Source of the DNA: Bacteroidota bacterium | GTDB taxonomy: Bacteria > Bacteroidota > Ignavibacteria > UBA10030 > UBA6906 | Direction of reading: 5' to 3' | Assembly (NCBI GenBank): GCA_036397975.1 | Contig: DASWHW010000099.1 | Location: 700-64,699, forward strand | DNA length: 64,000 nucleotides | Shown: positions 57,947-64,000 of the stretch, piece after piece | How positions within the stretch are numbered: position 1 is the first letter of the stretch | How the letters are laid out: every line of letters starts with the position of its first letter | The notes under the pieces: generated by a model | Seen by the model: only the letters and a program-made list of their open reading frames with translations | Databases searched by the model: none | What the model was told of the DNA's origin: nothing | Translations under genes and position numbers: made by a program

Positions 57947-60900
57947 CTACTCATGACTCACCGCAATCCCGGACTTACTTCCAGCACGCAGACGAAGTGC
58001 TCCGATCCATGACTTGATCTTCGTAACAGCTTCATCGAGCAGGGCATAAAAAGTCGGAACCACGACGAGAGTCAAGAATGTAGAGATTGTCAATCCAAAG
58101 ATGATTGCCACGCCTAACGGGCGCCAGAAATCGGCGCTCTCGGCGCCGATAACAAAATGTAACCCCCTCCAGTCAAAATCGAATCCTGTCGCCAGGGGCG
58201 CAATTCCCAAAACGGTGGTCGCTGCCGTCAATAGTACCGGGCGAAGACGAGTCCTCCCTGCTTCAATCAGGGCCTCATTCATAGGCAATCCGCTCGCATG
58301 GAGATTTTTTACGAAGTCCAAAAGTACGATGGCATTTTTGACAACTATCCCTGCGAGTGCAATAATCCCGACCCCTGTCATGATGGTGCTGAAGGGAATT
58401 TGCGTGACGATCTGGCCAATAAACACACCGATCATTGAAAGACCAACGGACAGCATAATGACAAAAGGAACTTTGAGCGAGTTGAATTCGGCAACCAGAA
58501 CAAAGAAAACGAGAAGAAGCGTGATGACAAACGCGTTCAGGAGAAAGGACATTGCCTTCTGCTGTTCCTCATCTTCTCCGGTGAACTTGATCTCGTATCC
58601 TGCCGGAAGAGAGAAACCTGCAACAGCCGTTTTTACATCGCGAAGGACTTCGGGTCCGCTTCGGCCTTGCGCGTCGCCAGTGATCGTAACAACTCGCTTC
58701 TGATCTTTTCGATGAATATCGGAAACACCGGTCGTCGTGCGGAGCGACGCTACCGAGACAAGCGGGATGGAAAGGAGCTTCCCCTGGTTATTCCGAAATG
58801 TGATGTTCAAGTTTTCAAGATCCCGCACTGAGGTCCGTTGATCGTCCTTCAGTCGAACACGTATGGAATACTCGTCCTCGCCAACGCGATATTTTGACGC
58901 CTCGACCCCATTAATAGCGGCACGCACGGTCGATGCAACCTGTGACGTATTCATATGAAAGAGAGCAGCGCGCTCTCGATCAACGTCGACCTGCACTTCA
59001 GGCTTTCCTGCGTCATAATTATCTTTCAGGTCAACAAGATTGGGAATGTTCCGGATACGATCCTGGATGGCCCGGCTTAATGTCGTAAGCTCATTATAAC
59101 TTTCGCCCGACACTTCTATGGAAACTGCAGCGCCTACGGGAGGTCCTACGGCCTGCTTCACCACCTTAATGTCTCCGCCGGGAATGCCTGCGACCCCCTC
59201 GCGAATGTGCTCGAGAGTGCTGAAAGTACTCTGCTGACGCTTTTTCTTTTCAAGAAAATTCACGGCGATCGTACCTTTGTTTGGTGTCCCCTGGCCACCG
59301 AAGTCAAAGGGATTATCGGATGTGCCAACGCTGGAAACGACAAACTCCATATCATTGGCACCAGTAGCTCTTTTCAACCGGTCTTCCACCACGTGGGCGA
59401 TACTATTCGTAACTTCGAGAGATGTTCCTGGAGGAGTCTCTATTTGTACATTGACCAGATTGGGCTCTATGTTCGGGAAAAACTCATCCCCCGGATAGAA
59501 AACCACCAGGAGCACAATGACCAAAAAGAGAAATCCTAACGTTCCTCCTAACGTCAGGAACTTATGGTCTAACGTCCACGCTAAAGTTTTGGCGTACTTT
59601 TCCTGTGCCCACGGAAACAACTCTTCATCCACTTTCCGATAGGTGATGGTAATAGGGTTATATCTTTTCCACCATGTGGGGTGCTCAAGATTTTCCTTCG
59701 CCTTTCGTATCTGCTTCCGATAATCAATCCATTGCGCGCCTTGTACGGGACTGACTACAAAAGCCACAAAGAGCGAGGCACCCAGCGTGAAGATTAGCGT
59801 TGAAGGAAGATACCACATGAAATCTCCTACGACGCCGGGCCAAAAAAGCATCGGGATGAAAGCAGCGAGCGTTGTCAGCGTAGAGGTGATAACAGGGATT
59901 GCAACTTCCGCGGTTCCTTTCTTCGCCGCAGTGATCGGGTCCTCATCCAATGACTGTTGGTGACGGTAGATATTCTCAATAACCACGACAGCATCATCAA
60001 CAAGAATACCCAGTACAAGAACGAGTGCGAATAGTACAACAAAGTTAAGGGTAATACCCGATCCCGCAAGAACAATAAATCCTATGAGCATCGAGAGCGG
60101 AATCGCAGTCGAAATCAGCAAGGAGTTCTTGAATCCAAAAAACATGAAGAGCACCACCACAACAAGGAACATTCCGGTCATGATGCTGTTTTCTAATTCT
60201 CTAACACTTCGTGCAATTTGAATCGATTGATCGTTCGAGATCGTCAGATTCAACCCGGGTGGCAGTTTCGGCTGCTCCTCGTTTACGATTTTCTTCACCT
60301 CGGTCGCGATGTTGATCAGGTTTTCACCGGCACGCTTCCGTACTGCGAGCGAAACCACTTCTTGACCGTTTAACCTTGCATGAGTCTGTCGATCTTCAAA
60401 TCCATAATAGACTGTTGCAACATCACGTATATGAATTGGCTTGCCATTGATGAGTTTAACAACAACATCCTCCAGTGGCCGGACATGTTTGAACTCCCCA
60501 GGTATGCGCACCGACAAGCTCTGGGTACCGTCATCGATCAATCCTCCCGGGGTGGACACATTCTCATTCTTGATCGCATTGATGACATCGCCGAAGCCAA
60601 CCTGATAACCGTTCAACAGTGCAACGTCGCAATTTACCTGGACTTCCGGTTCAATCGCACCGTTCATGTCCACACGAAGTACGCCGGGCACGGTTTCCAC
60701 TTTTTCCTTGAGTTCCTTTGCCACAGTGCGGAGCCTCGCCACTCCGAATTCACCCCCGACATTGACAAAGAGGATTGGAAATTCACTGAAGTTGATTTCC
60801 GTAATGACGGGATCAAGAATATCCAAGGGAAGTTCAGAAATTGTAGAGTTCACCTTGTCGCGGACCCTTCTGATCGCCTCGTCAATTACCACATCCGTTG

Positions 60901-61186
60901 TAAACTCCACCTGGATGGTTGAGAGTCCCTCTTTTGAAACGGAAGTAATCTTGTTGAGGTTTTTCACAGATTTAAGGTTCCGCTCCAGGGGTTGCGTCAC
61001 GAGCCCCTCAATGTCCTCCGAGGAAACCCCAATGTAAGGTGTTGAGACAATGATGAGCGGGAGGGTAATGTCGGGTGCCGATTCTCTTGGAAGGGACATG
61101 TATGATGTTGTCCCTACGACCACAATGATGGTGATGAGAATATAAACTGCAACCCTGTTATCTACAGCAATGTTGGAAATACGCAT
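57947..61186 (-). CDS. RND-family efflux transporter permease (AcrB/CzcA-like)
   Basis: 1079 aa with a 12-TM architecture and large periplasmic loops. Confidence 0.9.
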   Translation of the reverse strand: MRISNIAVDNRVAVYILITIIVVVGTTSYMSLPRESAPDITLPLIIVSTPYIGVSSEDIEGLVTQPLERNLKSVKNLNKITSVSKEGLSTIQVEFTTDVVIDEAIRRVRDKVNSTISELPLDILDPVITEINFSEFPILFVNVGGEFGVARLRTVAKELKEKVETVPGVLRVDMNGAIEPEVQVNCDVALLNGYQVGFGDVINAIKNENVSTPGGLIDDGTQSLSVRIPGEFKHVRPLEDVVVKLINGKPIHIRDVATVYYGFEDRQTHARLNGQEVVSLAVRKRAGENLINIATEVKKIVNEEQPKLPPGLNLTISNDQSIQIARSVRELENSIMTGMFLVVVVLFMFFGFKNSLLISTAIPLSMLIGFIVLAGSGITLNFVVLFALVLVLGILVDDAVVVIENIYRHQQSLDEDPITAAKKGTAEVAIPVITSTLTTLAAFIPMLFWPGVVGDFMWYLPSTLIFTLGASLFVAFVVSPVQGAQWIDYRKQIRKAKENLEHPTWWKRYNPITITYRKVDEELFPWAQEKYAKTLAWTLDHKFLTLGGTLGFLFLVIVLLVVFYPGDEFFPNIEPNLVNVQIETPPGTSLEVTNSIAHVVEDRLKRATGANDMEFVVSSVGTSDNPFDFGGQGTPNKGTIAVNFLEKKKRQQSTFSTLEHIREGVAGIPGGDIKVVKQAVGPPVGAAVSIEVSGESYNELTTLSRAIQDRIRNIPNLVDLKDNYDAGKPEVQVDVDRERAALFHMNTSQVASTVRAAINGVEASKYRVGEDEYSIRVRLKDDQRTSVRDLENLNITFRNNQGKLLSIPLVSVASLRTTTGVSDIHRKDQKRVVTITGDAQGRSGPEVLRDVKTAVAGFSLPAGYEIKFTGEDEEQQKAMSFLLNAFVITLLLVFFVLVAEFNSLKVPFVIMLSVGLSMIGVFIGQIVTQIPFSTIMTGVGIIALAGIVVKNAIVLLDFVKNLHASGLPMNEALIEAGRTRLRPVLLTAATTVLGIAPLATGFDFDWRGLHFVIGAESADFWRPLGVAIIFGLTISTFLTLVVVPTFYALLDEAVTKIKSWIGALRLRAGSKSGIAVSHE

Positions 61187-61197
61187 AGCATCTCAGT

Positions 61198-62274
61198 CTA
61201 TTGAAGAATCTTTACAGCTTGCCCATCGACGAGTTTCTTATATCCCGAAACGACTACTTTGTCACCCGGTCGCAAACCAGAGAGTACTTCCACTGTATTT
61301 TTTTCGCGTCCTCCAAGAGTGACCTTTCGTTCCTCTGCAACTTGGTCAGCAATAACATAGACCACGGCGCGATTTTGATCGAGCTGCTGCACGAATTCTT
61401 CTTGCACTACCAAAGCATCCCTTGGGACCGATTGAGCAATTGTCACTTTCGCAACCATTTCAGGACGAAGAACACGATCCCGGTTTGGGACGACTGCCTC
61501 CGCGGAGAGCGCTCTGTTGTCGGGGGAAACAGTTGAGCTGATGTAACTTATTGTCCCTGTGTACACTTTCCCGGGGAGCGCAGGAACGCGGAATTCCATC
61601 GGCGCTCCCTGCTTCATGGAACCGGCATAACTTTCGGGAATTGTGATCAGGACCTTTACCGTGCTTACATTGACGATGCGGGCGACGGGAACTCCGGATC
61701 CTGCAAGTTCGGCCTCATCCAGGTAACGCTCTTCCAGTATTCCGGCAACAGGACTGCGCAGACGTGTTCGTTCCCATCGGGCCTTCATTAACTCTGCTTG
61801 GGCTCTGGCAGCATCCCGACTGTACTCGGCATTCATCACCTGCAACTTGCTAATCCCCTGTTCTTTGAACACCTGATCCTGCTTCTCGTAATTCATTTCA
61901 GCCATCTTGTATTGAGCCAAGGCGGCTTCGAAACTTGCCTTCAACACATCATCTTTCAAAACAGCAACAATGGAATCTTTCGGAACGAATTGGCCCTTGC
62001 GATATCGCCATTCCTTTATCGTCCCTCCTTCTTCCGCGCTGAGCAAGATGTCGTCGTACGCTTTGATAATTCCGACAACCTGAATTGTCTCGAAGAATGG
62101 GGAGGGTTGGATTTCCTGTATTTTCACTGGAACCGGATCTGCCGCCGGGGCTTCGTGTTTTGATTTGTCAATGTCTGCATTGGAGTTTCCGCACGAGAGC
62201 AATGTTAGTGTCGCTGCGAACACAAGCATTATGTTCCGAAGGCATGCGAGCGGTTTCATAGTCATTTCCACCAT
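61198..62274 (-). CDS. RND efflux periplasmic adaptor (membrane fusion protein)
   Basis: 358 aa with a lipoprotein-like N-terminus (LLSCGNS), a coiled-coil and a beta-barrel region. Confidence 0.85.
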   Translation of the reverse strand: MVEMTMKPLACLRNIMLVFAATLTLLSCGNSNADIDKSKHEAPAADPVPVKIQEIQPSPFFETIQVVGIIKAYDDILLSAEEGGTIKEWRYRKGQFVPKDSIVAVLKDDVLKASFEAALAQYKMAEMNYEKQDQVFKEQGISKLQVMNAEYSRDAARAQAELMKARWERTRLRSPVAGILEERYLDEAELAGSGVPVARIVNVSTVKVLITIPESYAGSMKQGAPMEFRVPALPGKVYTGTISYISSTVSPDNRALSAEAVVPNRDRVLRPEMVAKVTIAQSVPRDALVVQEEFVQQLDQNRAVVYVIADQVAEERKVTLGGREKNTVEVLSGLRPGDKVVVSGYKKLVDGQAVKILQ

Positions 62275-62275
62275 T

Positions 62276-63643
62276 TTACTGTATCTTTCTAGAATGTTTG
62301 TTAAGACCTCCCAGCGCTTGCTCTATATCGGTGGCAGCAAGGAGGTATTGATAAATTGCTTCGATGCGATTTACTTGGGCCCTGTTCAACGCGAGCTGGG
62401 CATCGTTGACCTCCAACTGAGTGCCTGAACCAGAAGCAAATCGGGTGGCGACAATCCGATACCCTTTCTCAGCTTGCGCAATAGTCTTTTCATGAACACC
62501 AATTTGCTTTTGCGCCCACCGAAGCCGGAGTATCATTGATTCAACTTGCGTCCGGAGGGTCGATTCCATCGATGCCAGTTGTTCCTGCGATCGTCGGTGG
62601 TCAAGGGTCGCTTGTTCGACGCGAGCGTTCGTTTGAAATCCTTTGAAAACATTGAACGACAGATTCACTCCGACAACGGAACTTCCAATAAAGTCGTTTG
62701 TTGAAAAATTGAACTGGTTCTTTTGCGCCTGCAGTTGATAATTTCCAAAGGCAGAGAGAGTCGGGAGATAGTTTGACCGTTCGATTGATACAATCGCCTC
62801 GTTGACGTCCGTTTGTTTTCGAAGGGCTTCCAGCGAGGGATTCATCTTCACCGCATCCTCAACGGCATTCGTGAGATGCTGTTCATCAACAATGTCAGGC
62901 TGAAGTAGACCAACGACTTCGAGGGGCTGCTCGGCGGAAATCCCCATGGCAATGCGGAGAGTATTCAGCGCAAGAACGTAATCATCTTCCGCTTTCATCA
63001 CGTCGGGCTTCAGGTTCTCATAACTGACTTCGGCGCGCAATGCGTCATATTCCGATACGAGACCGGCAGACGAAAGGACTCTTGCATTCTTCAGGTTTTC
63101 CTCGGCGTTCTTCAAGGTTGAGTGCATAATTGTTCTTCCTTCGCCCGCAAGAAGAACCGAATAAAACGCTCTCCGCACACTTGCGACGGTTGCATTCTCT
63201 TTCGCTTGATACAAATCGCGAGCTGCTTCCGAGTAAATCTTTGCAGTCCCAACGCCGGTGAACACCGCAGAATTAAAAAGAACCTGCCGTGCTGAAAAAG
63301 TGAGATCAATGGAATTCTCCGATCCGATTTGTATTGGAACGACTCTTCCACTCTCCGGGTCATCAAAATCCGGAAGAAAGAAGACAGGTCGCTTCAATGC
63401 TCTCGAGTACGTGGCTGCGAAGTCCACCGACGGAAGAGCAAGACCGAAAGCTTCTTTAACTTGCTTATCCGCTTTTGTTACCTCAAATCGAGCAGCGGAA
63501 AGATCATGGTTGCGCTCCAGTGCAATCCGAATCGCCTCATCGAGCGTGACTTGAAGAGCAGTCTGTTCTTGCGCCCCTACAAACTGGGTCATCAAGAGCA
63601 TCAGGAAGGGTGTGAATATGATATTTCGTTTCATCGGAATCAT
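62276..63643 (-). CDS. TolC-family outer membrane efflux protein
   Basis: 455 aa with a signal peptide and duplicated TolC repeats. First gene of the efflux operon. Confidence 0.85.
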   Translation of the reverse strand: MIPMKRNIIFTPFLMLLMTQFVGAQEQTALQVTLDEAIRIALERNHDLSAARFEVTKADKQVKEAFGLALPSVDFAATYSRALKRPVFFLPDFDDPESGRVVPIQIGSENSIDLTFSARQVLFNSAVFTGVGTAKIYSEAARDLYQAKENATVASVRRAFYSVLLAGEGRTIMHSTLKNAEENLKNARVLSSAGLVSEYDALRAEVSYENLKPDVMKAEDDYVLALNTLRIAMGISAEQPLEVVGLLQPDIVDEQHLTNAVEDAVKMNPSLEALRKQTDVNEAIVSIERSNYLPTLSAFGNYQLQAQKNQFNFSTNDFIGSSVVGVNLSFNVFKGFQTNARVEQATLDHRRSQEQLASMESTLRTQVESMILRLRWAQKQIGVHEKTIAQAEKGYRIVATRFASGSGTQLEVNDAQLALNRAQVNRIEAIYQYLLAATDIEQALGGLNKHSRKIQ

Positions 63644-63675
63644 TATAGGGTGTTTATAGGATGTTTCAACTTGTA

Positions 63676-64000
63676 CTAACGGGTGGAGGCTCCGTCGAAG
63701 AACAGCTTAACGATAAAAGCGGATTCCTTCTCAGGATCCAGGGCCACAAGACTTCCTTCATCACGAGAGCAGCGAGCAGAGCGAATATGGATCATTTCAA
63801 TAAAAAGGTGAGCAAGTTCCTCCGGCTTTTCATTTACAACGCGGCCTTTCGCGATATCTGCCCTGAGTGACTCTGCAAGGATGTCTTTCATACGATGAAA
63901 TTTCTTCCGAAAATACGCCAGCTTTTCATGTTGTTCTTCCAACATCATCCGGTTCATTTCTCGCATGACTATTTTGAGAAAATCCTCTTCCTCTTTGAAG
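63676..64000 (-). CDS. TetR/AcrR-family transcriptional regulator (C-terminal part only; the N-terminal HTH lies beyond the window end)
   Basis: The reading frame stays open to nt 64000. A TetR-like C-terminal ligand-binding region sits directly upstream of the efflux operon. Confidence 0.55.
   Translation of the reverse strand, partial: FKEEEDFLKIVMREMNRMMLEEQHEKLAYFRKKFHRMKDILAESLRADIAKGRVVNEKPEELAHLFIEMIHIRSARCSRDEGSLVALDPEKESAFIVKLFFDGASTR

Noticed and set aside
1-64000. CRISPR arrays, IS elements, transposases, phage genes and toxin-antitoxin pairs
   Set aside because: I did not see any regularly spaced direct repeats, or any ORF with integrase, transposase or phage hallmarks, while reading either strand. 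The window looks like core chromosome.

Overview
This is a 64 kb stretch of ordinary bacterial chromosome. It is densely packed (about 60 genes), has no recognisable mobile element, CRISPR array or rRNA, and is about 50% GC. The gene content points to a member of the Fibrobacteres-Chlorobi-Bacteroidetes (FCB) group: the bacillithiol genes bshC and bshB1, a protein with a T9SS type-A C-terminal sorting domain, FG-GAP and TonB-dependent receptor proteins, frequent GTG/TTG starts and many 4-nt gene overlaps. Four things deserve a closer look:
1. The transcription/translation cluster nusA(partial)-infB-rbfA-truB-ribF-rpsO-pnp.
2. A complete system I cytochrome c maturation operon ccmABCDEF in which CcmE carries the rare CxxxY variant of the heme-binding motif instead of HxxxY, with no ccmG or ccmH next to it.
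3. A tRNA-Lys(CTT) gene and a tmRNA (ssrA) gene.
4. Further along, an xseA-xseB-dxs operon, a two-component system translationally coupled to ribD-ribE-secG, purL, accC with a biotin carrier, a yqeY-cvpA-mutS2 operon, and a TetR-controlled RND efflux operon. Between them sits a minus-strand run of small proteins that are poorly characterised, many of them Cys/His-rich or metalloprotein-like (DUF4920, DUF971, an M29-like protein, hemerythrin-like, ABM-like, a minimal zincin, a zinc-ribbon Yip1 protein).
All calls rest on reading the translated ORFs and DNA motifs by eye. No database search was run.
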